DNA of 64,000 nucleotides, taken from positions 237,852 through 301,851 of the forward strand of contig MU057822.1 of NCBI GenBank assembly GCA_013265495.1. Direction: 5' to 3'. A program made the position numbers and the translations under genes. Below, piece after piece: positions 53,190 through 64,000 of this stretch (positions are counted from its first letter, which is position 1; every line of letters starts with the position of its first letter). The DNA is from Vicugna vicugna (Eukaryota). The notes beneath the pieces are model-generated. The model was given only the letters and a program-made list of their open reading frames with translations. It ran no database searches and was not told the origin of the DNA.

Positions 53190-53890
53190 TAGAAACAAAA
53201 CCACAGTGAGATACTACTTACACACACTAGGGTAGCTATAATCAAAAACAGATAATAAACAGTGTTGGCAAGGACACAGAGAAATTAGAACCCTCCTACA
53301 TTGCTGACAGGAATGTTCAATGGTACAGCCCCTTTGGAAAACAGTCTAGCGGTTCCTACAAAGGTTAAACGTAGGTGCCTTATAACCTAGCAATTCCACT
53401 TCTAGATATATAACCAAGAAAATTGAAAACATATGTCCACGAAATACTTGTACATGAATATTCATAGCAGCAATATTTATAATTGCCAAAAAATAGAAAC
53501 AGTCCAAACGTGTCAGTTAATTAGCAAAAAACCCAAAATATAATATATTCATATGATGGAAGGAAGTAGTGATACAAGTTCCAACATGAATGAACTTTAA
53601 AAACATTATGCTAAGTGAACAAAAAGACCACATGGTGTATGATTCCATTTATGTGGAATGTCCAGAATAGGCAAATCTATAGAGATAGAAAGTAGGTTAG
53701 TTGTTGCCTAGGGCTCGGGGAAGGTTGGAGGGAAGTGGGGAGTGATTGCTAACGGGTATGGCTTTTCTTAATGTGGTGTTGAATATATTCTAAAATTGAT
53801 TGTCGTGATGGCTGTACAGCTCTGTAAACATACTAGAAATCATTAAATTGTATACTTCAAGTACATGAATTATATCTCAAAAACTGTTAG
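53190..53890 (+). mobile_element. L1MB-like ORF2 end plus 3'UTR; approximate
   Basis: aaaccacagtgagatac...gtgttggcaagga...ctttggaaaacagt...aacattatgctaagtgaa...tgaattatatctcaa. Confidence 0.8.
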
Positions 53891-54870
53891 AAAAATTATT
53901 ACATGGCAAGGATTAGCTTTGTGTGACTTAGATGCATTCAGTTTTGGGCTTATTTTTTTTGAGGTGCACTTGATAATTAGATAAAACTACTCCAAGGCTC
54001 AGCAGTGAGCGTAGGTAGGGCCTTGCAGTTTATCAGCATCAAGATGATAGGTAATGTATAACAAATCATCATGTACACTTTAAACTTACACAGTGTTCCG
54101 TGTCAATTGTATCTTAATAAAGTGAATGGGAAAAGATGATGGGTAACATTGTGATATGGTGAATAAGTTAATTTACCCAGGGAAAAGATGACTAATTTTG
54201 GAGATTAGGATACCATCAAAAGTCAGAGCAAGGTAAAGGAAAAGGGGGAAATGACTGAGAATGACTCAAGAACCAGGGAAAAGAAGTGTGTCACAGAAGC
54301 TAAGAGAGGAAAGTGTGTCCAGGAAGGTGTGCTCAGCAGTATCAGTTGTTTTGGCCCAGAAGGGTTGGCCTGAAAATTACCCAGAAAAGTTCTCCCAATC
54401 ACTCTGTGAGAACAGTCCATAGCATCCTGTTTAGAGGCAGATGCCAGTTACCAGTAAGATTTAAAAAAAAAAGAGAGTACCAAATGGTGAGTAAACAGAG
54501 AAGATGAGGGTAGATCAGATTTTCCTCATTTTAGAGCACAGCTTCAAGAGGGAGCCTGAAGAGTATACATGGTTCAGGTAGGCTGGCTTCAAGATGGAAG
54601 AGATGTGTTTTCTTTGCAGTCATTGATGCCAAGACTGTTGGCTAGCTATTTATGGGGACATTGATTTAGAAATTCTCTTCATACCAAAGAGCTAAGTGAA
54701 CTAAAACTCTAAATGGAATAAAGTTTCAAGTGACTTTAAAAAAATAGTGAATATTAATTACTTGCTGAATGTTAGGGACAAGATATTTCTAGTTTCAAAA
54801 ATAATAAATACTAGAAGACTAAAAAGAGGAGAGTAAAAAGAGAAAGTAGACAATTACATGCAATATGGGA

Positions 54871-54981
54871 TTCTTTTTTTTTAAAGGGGAGATAGTTAGG
54901 TTTACTTATTTTATTTATTTTTAGAGGAAGTATTGGGGATTGAACCCAGGACTTTGTGTATGCTAAGCATGCGCTCTACTA
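54871..54981 (-). mobile_element. tRNA-Ala-derived SINE (Vic-1-like)
   Basis: SINE head and tail on the minus strand. Degenerate TSD tgcaa.a.gggat on both sides. Confidence 0.88.
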
Positions 54982-55617
54982 CTTGAGCTATACCCCCCCC
55001 CTGCAAAAAGGGATATTTGAACGGATCTTTTATCAGATATTAAGGCCAGCTATAAAGAACATTATTCGGGTATTAAAGTGAAAGGAAAAAATGACACACA
55101 AAAATTAAACAGGGAAAGTTAAGAAGCAATTTGGCAAGAAAAAGAATAAACACACTGAGTACATAAATGAGAAAAGGGTAAGAAGAGACATTTCACAAAA
55201 GAGGATATACATATAGTTTCTATACATGGAAAAATTTTGCTCCTAAAAACATTTAGAAAAGCTGATTAAACTATATTTCACTTGTGAAATTTAAAAATTA
55301 CAATAAAGAAAAAAATTTTTGTTTCATTGTCTCTTCACTCAGAATTATCTTGCCTTTTTAAGTGTAATTCGGTAATAGGTATTAAGCCTAAAAACCTCAT
55401 TCTAAAAAATTAAACTGTATGATAAAATGAAATGACACAAGGTTAAAAATTTAACAGTGCTATATTATGATAACAATTTGTAAAAATGGAAAATGGATCT
55501 TAAGTCGATTCTCTGATAAAATTCTACATAAACATTTAATGTCATATTCTCAGAGAAAATGACTTGGAAAAATCCTTTTGTGATAAGTGAAGTATCTTAA
55601 TACTGTGTAAGCATTTT

Positions 55618-55799
55618 TTAATTTAATTTTTTATTGAAATATAGTTGATTTACAATGTTGTGTTGGTTTCTGGAATACAGCATAGTGATTCATTTATACA
55701 TATATATATACTTTTTCATATTCTTTTTCATTATAGATTATTACAAGATACTGAATATAATCCCCTGTGCTATTATATAGTAGGACCTTGTTTATTATA
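55618..55799 (-). mobile_element. Short L1 3'UTR end
   Basis: ttttattgaaatatagttgatttacaatgttgtg...ccctgtgctat. TSD taagcatttt at 55608-55617 and 55800-55809. Confidence 0.85.
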
Positions 55800-57107
55800 T
55801 AAGCATTTTATGTTGAACTTCATAGTGCTGTTACAAGTTTTGTTTTATTATTCTCTCCTCTTGGTTTAGTTACTTCATTTTAGCTAATAGATTTTACTAG
55901 GAAGTGGGGGTGAGAGGAACCCTAATTATAGAACAGCTCATGTACAAGACATTGAAGTCATGGGTCTTAAATGTCACATTCACCGCTGAACTCCCTGTGT
56001 CAAGTGGGTGCCTGGCACACAATATGCATTCAAGAAGCATTTGTCGTAGAGCCAAAATATATCTAAACTTTGATTCTGGTTACCCAGAGTTTATAACAAC
56101 AGGGGAAATGCTTAAGTTGTGAGATGAAAAATAAGCTTTTAAAATTATACCTGTTGCAACTTTGCTGGGCTTTAGGTAGGAAGTTAGGAATGAAATATAC
56201 ATAAATACTGTCAGTGGTTATTTATGGGATTTGGAAATTTGGTTAAAACATTTTTTTTTACCAAAATACTATATTTTTCTGACTTTCATTTTCTCAATAA
56301 GTATGTTTTTTGCATAGGGAAAATTTCACCATAAAAGGGTGTTACGATTTTGATAGCTTCACTAATAGAGGGAGTGTTTGTGTAATGTAAATGAGTTAGT
56401 ACATTATGGACAACCCCCCTCCCTTTTTTTTTTTAAACAAGAATTAATTTGTGGCTTGGATTTTAAAATAGCTTAATAGAATAGGGGCCTCATGAATATT
56501 GTTTATGTGAATGAATTTTCACTGGCAATATGACATGTTTCTTTTGTGGATTTGAGTACATTTCTTCCCCCTGAAAATATAATTTTGCCTTCATATGATT
56601 TAAAGAGTATATTATGTTACTTTTCATTTTTTTCTTAAGAAAGTCGCTGAACCTTTGAGTATCAACAATTTTAATCAGTAAGTTAGTGGGGAAACTAGGA
56701 AATAATTACTGCATAGAAACTTATTTCTGGTGTTTGGACCGTATACTTTCTACAAATGAAGAACAGTTTGAATAGATGCCATTTATTCGTTTTATTGTAT
56801 TTATTACACGTAAATGTGAGGCACCATCTACATGTTAGGTATCTTGAAATTTTGCACAATGAAAAAGATAGTTTACATTCCTTTTGGGCTTGTCAGGTGG
56901 ATCCTATTGGGTAAAATCTTTTGTCTTCCTAAAAGGTTAACAGGTTCCATTTTGGAAATTAACTTCTGTATATATTCATTGGTACAGTGGTATTGAATTT
57001 TATAAAGGTACCATGGGAATCAGGACCATACCTATAGTAGTTATTTTATGCGTAACCAAATTGTTTTAAATATTTAAAACGGGGATCTTATTCTCTTAAT
57101 TTTGCAG

Positions 57108-57286
57108 TTGATAAAAATGGTGATGTATGCATTTCTATTCTTCACGAGCCCGGGGAAGATAAATATGGTTATGAAAAGCCAGAGGAACGCTGGCTGCCTA
57201 TTCACACCGTGGAAACCATCATGATTAGTGTCATTTCTATGCTGGCAGACCCTAATGGAGACTCACCTGCTAATGTTGATGCTGCG
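57108..57286 (+). CDS. UBE2G1: UBE2G1 coding exon 4 (179 nt): (V)DKNGDVCISILHEPGEDKYGYEKPEERWLPIHTVETIMISVISMLADPNGDSPANVDAA
   Basis: Acceptor taattttgcag|TTGAT and donor GCG|gtaagg. The catalytic Cys codon TGC at 57128-57130 (Cys90 in full-length numbering) is followed by the acidic loop insertion typical of Cdc34/Ubc7-type E2s. Confidence 0.98.
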
Positions 57287-59258
57287 GTAAGGTGGTCACA
57301 TGAATACATCTCCCCTGCCCTTTAATTAAGCTTGATTAATTAAACTTGATTAGAACTATGATATCTTTATATGTATATTTGTATCGATATATGTTTATAC
57401 TCATTTATTTTTCTCCTGAATCTGTACAAAAATAAGACATAACATTTACTCCTAAATACTTGTACCTGCATCTTTTAAGAATAAGGACACTATCTTACTA
57501 TATAAACTATAAAACTATTGTTATACCTAGGAAGTCTTAATATCAAGTCTCTATTAAAGAGAGGTGTCATTTAAGTGCCAAAATAAAGAAGTAATTTTCA
57601 CTATATTTATGTAAAATCTGTATATCATCATTATTATTGTTATTATTTTAGAAAGGTATTAGGATTTTGGGTGTAGGTAGGAGGAAAAGGCCAAACTGTT
57701 GAGTTATACAGACTTCCTATCAATCTCTTCTCAGCCCACTTCTTACTAAGAAGACCTGCCATTTCCAAACTTCCACTTCTTTAGGGTTCTGTTCAATTGG
57801 TCCTTTCCCTCCTCTGCTGGGGTTCCTCTGATGCTTCTCTAGGCTGCTGCTTTCTCTTCTCTGCTGCATGTTTCATTATTCTTTCATCTGCTTGTGGTCT
57901 TTCAGAAAAATTTCTTCCCATTATTAGGTGACTTTACTGCCATTTTTCTCTGATAGTGAAGATTTATACCTTAAAAATATAATTCCAATATGATCATTTT
58001 AATAAGATCTTAGAACAAAGAGATAAACATATGTGCTTTTTGCTCTGTTGAATTCACAGGTTTGTCATGTATAAAACGCAGATGATAACACCACTCATCT
58101 GGTCATCATTTGTGGCATGTTGGATTCAAAAAATAGTGACTCTATTCTAGTTCCTGCTTTGGAACCATTATCTCCCAGTCTGTCTTTGACCCAGGAGTCA
58201 TCCTCGTCTAGTCCTGTCTGTCCCCAAAGAATGTCAGTCATACTATATAAACTCTAAACTCTTCTCCACCCTCTCTGCCATGGACTTGAGTCCTTTTGCT
58301 TCTTACTTACATTATTGTAATAGCTTCCTGCTTGCAGCCTTAGTTCTCTCTGCTAAGTACCCTTCTTAGTTGATTTCTTTCCTCTTGAGATTGACCTTCC
58401 CTCTTTGCTGGAATTGCCCCTTTCTCCTTAAAATTTCTTAAAAATGATAATGAGGTATTTATAGACTTAATATTTTATCCGTAAATACTTCATCAGACAT
58501 GCCTGAATCTCTATACATGTCAGCATTATAGTTTATCTAATAATTTATTATAATGATTGACTCTCTGGGGTACCTTGCTTTAAGGGCAAAAATTGTTCAA
58601 ATCTTTTTCTCTGCAACAGCAAGTACTGAAGATTTCCGTAGTCTTTGATGTCCCTAAATGGATGATATGGGGAAAAAAGACTGGGTATTTTTGTGAGAAT
58701 TCCTGCTATTTTCATGCTAGGTAAAATCAGCTCTCTTCTCACATGAAACTGTGCTGGTGCTGTTTTGTGTTCCATTTTCACATGCCTGGCAGTGATAGTG
58801 ATATTGTCATTGTCATGTGTCCTCCTGCCCCCACTAGAAACAGTAGTCAGTATCATCTCAATATGATGTACTCCACCCATCTACTTTAACATAGGAGGCC
58901 CTTTTATGTCTACTTTATTTTCTAATTGCTTCCAGTAGGGAGCTTTGGTGATCCTTCACGCAGCCTGAATACCTTTATTTGTAAGTTGTCACTTTCTTTT
59001 CAGTGTAATACAGAACTTAATGCTCTTTAGGGCCTTTTCCTTTTTTAAAGAGAATTTTACCTAAAGAGGTAATTTGCATAGGGGATTTCTGCTCTTGTAT
59101 CCCAGCACAGTGCCTTGTTAAAAGTAAGTTTTGACTACTTTTTACCTTATCAACTTTTTAACATTTTAAGTGTTCATATTGCCAAAGCATTACATTACAA
59201 AGTATTTGAGATTGTAAGAGGAGTTTTCATAAAATCACTTGGTATTTTGTACCTACAG

Positions 59259-59345
59259 AAAGAATGGAGGGAAGACAGAAATGGAGAATTCAAAAGGAAA
59301 GTTGCCCGCTGTGTAAGAAAAAGCCAAGAGACTGCTTTTGAGTGA
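59259..59345 (+). CDS. UBE2G1: UBE2G1 exon 5 coding part: KEWREDRNGEFKRKVARCVRKSQETAFE*
   Basis: Acceptor tgtacctacag|AAAGAA, phase 0, TGA at 59343-59345. It matches the tail of ORF-track entry 59115..59345. Exons 2-5 give 467 coding nt, which leaves 46 nt for exon 1 in a 170-aa protein. Confidence 0.97.
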   Translation, partial: KEWREDRNGEFKRKVARCVRKSQETAFE

Positions 59346-59381
59346 CACTTATTCAATAGCTGTAACTTCACTTATTTCAGG
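59346..59381 (+). other. UBE2G1: 3'UTR part of UBE2G1 exon 5, ending at a 5' splice donor (3'UTR intron follows)
   Basis: Near-consensus donor TTCAGG|gtaagt 36 nt after the stop codon. The downstream sequence is repeat-rich and intron-like. Confidence 0.85.
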
Positions 59382-59960
59382 GTAAGTTCGTTTTTAAAAA
59401 AGTGTACTACTCTTTTGCCTTTTTGTACACGTCATAAACATTATTAGAAATTGTGTGACTTGAGTATCTGAATTACTTGTATTCATTAGCTTCAATTTTT
59501 AGTAGTAGTATCTAGTAATCTGCTGTTTCTCAGCAAAAACAGTGTAATCTCCTTGCTTTTTCTTTTAGTAAATCCAGTTGTTTTAAACTAGATATTCTGT
59601 TTTAAGATGGTTGTTACTATAGTAGGGGAATATTTCTTTTCATTGACGGTAAAATTTCTCATAATAAAAGTTTCTTTTCAGTTATGTTTCTTATGTTTTA
59701 CCTTTTTGGTCTACCATCTAAGCTGGGCACTAAACTTTCTTATATCTTCTCATACTGTGTTATATATGGTAAAGAATGATTAAATTTTTTGTTTCCTAAC
59801 TTTTTTAAAAGAAAGATCATATTTTATAATATACTGGCAAGACCATTCACATCTAGTTTTCTTGTTTTAATTGGTCTTCAGCTCCTTGTTCATTATTTAT
59901 AGAGCCAGTAGGAAAAGTTTCCCTTTTGTTGTATACCATCTGTCCACAAGTCTATCTTTT

Positions 59961-60172
59961 CTTTTTCCCTATTGCATACATTTTTTTTTAAATTATAGTA
60001 TAGTCACTTTTCAATGTTATGTCAGTTTCTGGTGTACAGTATAATGTTTCAGTCTTACATACACTTACATATATTCTTTTTCATATTCTTTTTCACTATA
60101 GGTTACTACAAGATACTGAATGTAGTTCTCTGTGCTATACAGAAGAAACTTACTGTATATTTTATATATAGT
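59961..60172 (-). mobile_element. Short L1 3'UTR end
   Basis: Perfect 16 bp TSD cacaagtctatctttt at 59945-59960 and 60173-60188, with L1 3'-end text between. Confidence 0.87.
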
Positions 60173-61220
60173 CACAAGTCTATCTTTTTAAGTCTAATCA
60201 AAGAGTCAAAGATAGAAGGCATCCATATGGCTTAGAGCGGGAGCCAGTGTAGATTAATTGAACAAATGTGTGATATTTATCTGGGTTTTTTGTTTATTTG
60301 TTTTAATTAAATGTTGAGGTGATACAACCTATTAATGAAATGTGACATCTAAAAAATTAGAATACGTGATTTATTTCTGTACCTGTCACCTACTTTAAGA
60401 AAAAGAACTTTACTATTACCTGTTACATCTCCTCTGTTCCCTTTCTCTCTCCCATCCTTTTCTCCTATTCTCAATTCTGTGTTTAACATTATTTTTCTTC
60501 ATAATTTCATCAAGTTTGTATTCTTGAACAATGTATTGCATGTTTTTGAACTGTATCTATGTGGAATTATAATGCATGTTTTCTTTTGTGAGTTTTACTG
60601 CTCAACATTATATTCTTGAAATTGGTCTTTGTTACATATATTTTGTCTGTCCACTGTTATGTGATAATTTTATTAGATAAATTTACTCTTGAATCTCATT
60701 GCATTATTTCCTAATTTGGGGTGGGGTTTTTTGGTTTGTTTTGCGTTGGTTTTGCTATTTCAGAGAATGTGGCTATCCTTGTTTCCTACTGCACATACAC
60801 TACAGTTTTTCTTGGGTATATACCTAGGGTTGGTATTGTTAGGTCACTTTGACTAGATAATGCCGATTGTCTTCTGAAGTGTTGCATCTGTTTATACTCC
60901 TCGGCAAGCACAAGGATTCCATTTGCTCCGTATCCTTTTCATCATTTGATATTATCAGACTTCTGCAAAGTTGTAGTTATTGTTGTGGTTTTTGCAAAGT
61001 TCTTTAATCTGGTGTAAAATGATACATCTTTATGGACTTACTGTGTGTTGCCCTAGTTACCAGCGCAATTGCATATGGTACCATGTGTTTGACCATTGAC
61101 ATTTCTTCTGTGAAATGCCTATTCCAGTCTTTACTGTTTTTTAGTTAGGTTATTAATTTTTATCCTTGTCAGTTTACTTTCTCTATGATGTCTTTGGATG
61201 AAAAGAGGTGCTTAATTTTA

Positions 61221-62158
61221 TTTTATTTTTTATTTTTTTAACTTCTTTTATTGAGTTATAGTCAGTTTACAATGTTGTGTCAATTTCCAGTGTAGAGCAC
61301 AATTTTTCAGTTATACATGAACATCCATATTTATTCATTGTCACATTCTTTTTTGCTGTGAGCTACCACAAGATCTTGTATATATTTCCCTGTGCTATAT
61401 CGTATAATCTTATTTATCTATTCTACATACGCCTGTCAGTATCTACAAATTTCAAACTACAAGTCTGTCCCTTCCCACCCACCGCCCCCTTGGCAACCGT
61501 AAGTTTTTATTCTAAGTCTGTGAGTCTGTTTCTGTTTTGTATTTATGTTCTTTTCTTTCTTTCTTTCTTTTTTTAAGATTCCACGTATGAGCAGTCTCAC
61601 GGTATTTTTCTTTCTCTTTCTGGCTTAGTTCACTTAGAATGACATTCTCTAGGGACATCCATGTTGCTGCATATGGTGTTATGTTGTCATTTTTATGGCT
61701 GAAGAGTATTCCATTGTATAAATATACCACATCTTCTTTATCCAGTCATCTGTTGATTGACATTTAGGCTGTTTCCATGTCTTGGCTATTGTAAATAGTG
61801 CTGCTATGAACATTGGGATGCAGGTGTCTTTTTGAAGTAGGGTTCCTTCTGGATATATGCCCAGGAGCGGGATTACTGGATCACATGGTATAGTCTTATT
61901 CCTAGTCTTTTTTTTTTTAACCATATGTTTTATTTATTTATTTTTATTTTATTTTATTTTATTTTTATTTTTTAAACTTTTTTTTTTATTGAGTTATAGT
62001 CAATTTACAACGTTGTGTCAATTTCCAGGATAGGCACAATTTTTCAGTTATACATGAACATACATGTATTCATTGTCGCATTCTATTTTGCTGTGAGCTA
62101 CAGTCTATTCCTAGTCTTTTGAGGAATCTCCATACTGTTTTCCACAGTGGCTGCAAGA
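61221..62158 (-). mobile_element. 5'-truncated young L1, same family as 30366-31085, interrupted by a second L1 3' end
   Basis: ORF 61679..61924 shows DPVIPLLGIYP...PMFIAALFTIAKTWKQPKC. TSD aggtgcttaatttta at 61206-61220 and 62159-62173. Confidence 0.92.
61912..62101 (-). mobile_element. Short L1 3'-end insertion nested in the preceding L1
   Basis: Repeats the 3'UTR end seen at 61245-61365. TSD agtct(t)attcctagtctttt at 61892-61911 and 62102-62120. Confidence 0.9.
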
Positions 62159-64000
62159 AGGTGCTTAATTTTAATGCTGCTGAATTTACTAGTTCTTTCC
62201 TGTGTGGATTTTACTTTTTGTGTCTTGGTTTCTTCCCTGCCATCAGAAAGCTACTGTTGGATATTGTTTTCTAAAAATGTTATGGTTTTGCCTTTCACAT
62301 ATGTATTGAATTCACTGAAATTGGTTGGTGTATGGTGTGAGGTAGGAGTTCAACTTTACGCTTTGATTTCTGCCCCCACATGTAACTATTGACTGCATCA
62401 TTCATTGACAAGTCTGTCCTTTCACCACTGACTTATAAAACTACATTTCTATAGGTACATACTACAGGTATGTGTTGATCTGTTCCTGACCTTTCTTTGT
62501 TTCATTGGTTGGTTTGTCTGTCCTTGAACTGGTATCACACTGTCTTGATTTTTATGATTAAATGTATCAAATGCAAAAGTGCAAATCAGAAGTAAAGTAT
62601 ACCCACCATTCACTCTGTTTTCACGTTTGATATCTCTAATTTCTGAAAAGCCTCATATCTACTTTTAGATCTTGTTATAATAACCTGAAATGCTGAAAAT
62701 TAACCTTACTTCTTTTTGTCCCCAGCAGATATAACAATAACCTTACAGTCTTCAAATTATTTCTGCTTTTCACCATCCTGTTTATTTTTGCTAATACTCC
62801 TGTCCTGATTTCATTATCATTACATCTGATACCTCCCTCACGTCTAGTCAGTGGTCCACATCTTTTGCTTTGACTGGCTTTCCACCACCTTAGGTCAAGT
62901 TCTTGTTCCTAGACTATTGCCTTAGTCTGCTGCTGCTGGAATTGAACATCTTTTGTGTCCACCTGCACTTCAGCCTAGTTATTTGTCCTGGAAACAACTG
63001 CTATGTTAGTCTTCACAAAGCTCAGCTCATTGCATTGATTCTCTTATGGGTATGACAATATCTTAGGAACAACAAGCACCTCAGGGCTTATTTTCCAGTC
63101 GGAAGAGAGCTTGCTCACAACAAAGAATTGAAGAAGAATGAAATAACAAACACTGAAGCCTAAGCTTATGTATGATTTTACCTTATAAACAGTACTTTAT
63201 AAATTTAGGAAATAACCAATAATTTTATTATATTTACCTTGATAATATATTGCAGATTAATTAAGTAAATACTAATGAAGTGTCACAAACCAATTTTGTA
63301 AGGGATTATACATTATCTCCTTTGTTAGTGGGATTAGCATTAAATTTATAATTGAATATAACATACGTGTGTTCAAAGTGTACTTATCAAGAATAATGTT
63401 CATTTAAAAAGATTGATGCAAAAAATAATGTTGAATCAGAATACCTTATTGCATAGAATAAGTTAACTGAAAAACACTATAATATACTGTTGATAATGAA
63501 ACTAAACTAAGATTAAATTAAACAATTAAAGGTATAGGAAGCAGTAACTGGAAATCTTGACTGACAGGTCAGCACTACTCACTTGAATAACAAAGCATCC
63601 TTTAAAGTTTCAGATACTATGTATGTATATGTATTCATTTATGCATTGCAGTGGCTTTGCACTGTTGCAAAATGGTGTGGCAGATGGAGTTTAGATAGGA
63701 CAGAATGTTAAGTTAAATTCATACACTAATTTTTAATGATTAATTTTATTTACTATTCCTAATTTATTGTGTTACTATTAAGCTCAGGCTTTTGTGTAAA
63801 AAAAAAAAATAGTCCTCAAACTGCATGTTGATTAATTAGTAATTGAGTAAAGGATTTTGTATTCTGTTTTCAGTCTGAAGCTCACCAGGAGGATCCTTTG
63901 GCTTACCAATGGCCAAAGAGAAATATTCTTTGGGAAACATTGATTAATAAGTAATTAAAGCAGACTTCCTTAACTAATGTTTAAGTACCCAGTCTTGCCT

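Larger units (their letters stand above)
60400..62560 (-). mobile_element. Very old L1 (L1ME-like) hosting the young L1 at 61221-62158; approximate
   Basis: cttgggtatatacctagg...; ttcttctgtgaaatgcctattc; the text resumes after 62173 with gtatggtgtgaggtagg. Confidence 0.55.

Noticed and set aside
368..54981. Twelve tRNA-Ala(AGC)-like sequences as functional tRNA genes
   Set aside because: They share a family tail (aaataaa...cctaattacc), many have TSDs and A-tails, and they show CpG decay and broken stems. These are SINE copies.
57321..57352. AT-rich quasi-palindrome and direct repeat (ttaattaa(g/a)cttgatta x2) after the exon 4 donor
   Set aside because: This is a low-complexity slippage duplication, like those near 1527-1562, 2540-2577 and 46781-46816. 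There is no evidence of function.
59115..59258. N-terminal part of ORF 59115..59345
   Set aside because: This is intron 4 sequence that happens to be open in frame. The real exon starts at the acceptor at 59258/59259.
260..62392. Short ORFs in the six-frame track as independent genes
   Set aside because: They are 60-146 aa, low-complexity or overlapping SINE/L1/L2 sequence (e.g. MEVLEIEPRTSCMLS and GEGIAQVVEC are SINE translations). Only the tail of 59115..59345 is real coding sequence.
63855..64000. attctgttttcag| at 63873 as the acceptor of the terminal 3'UTR exon
   Set aside because: It is a plausible AG, but nothing distinguishes it from other intronic AGs. The last exon may lie beyond the window.
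1..64000. CRISPR arrays, operons, rRNA, snoRNA or miRNA genes, prokaryotic defence systems
   Set aside because: I found no regularly spaced repeat-spacer array, no long ORFs and no recognisable structured RNA. The window is mammalian intronic DNA. A cmscan/Rfam search would be needed to exclude small RNAs fully.

Overview
This is AT-rich mammalian genomic DNA, probably from a camelid, inferred from 12 copies of a tRNA-Ala(AGC)-derived SINE resembling Vic-1. The whole window lies inside one + strand gene, UBE2G1 (ubiquitin-conjugating enzyme E2 G1). Positions 1-43965 are the 3' part of a large intron 1. Coding exons 2-5 lie at 43966-44068, 50784-50881, 57108-57286 and 59259-59381, with TGA ending at 59345. 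All introns are GT-AG, and the exons splice in frame to residues 16-170, including HPN and catalytic Cys90. Exon 1 is upstream of the window and the terminal 3'UTR exon was not found. The rest is intronic sequence rich in L1, L2, MIR, MLT, MER and SINE remnants. I see no prokaryote-type system and no second gene. The most unusual object is a 2.25 kb TSD-bounded, ORF1-only (HAL1-like) composite retroelement at 33570-35820, with inverted and out-of-order ORF2 pieces and a 3' end that does not look like L1. Other points of note: a near-perfect 311/321 bp tandem duplication, a three-level nested L1, an inverted young L1 pair bracketing exons 2-5, a 3'UTR intron 36 nt after the stop codon, candidate poison exons and a good CTCF-like motif. 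Repeat family names and the boundaries of old repeats are by eye and approximate.
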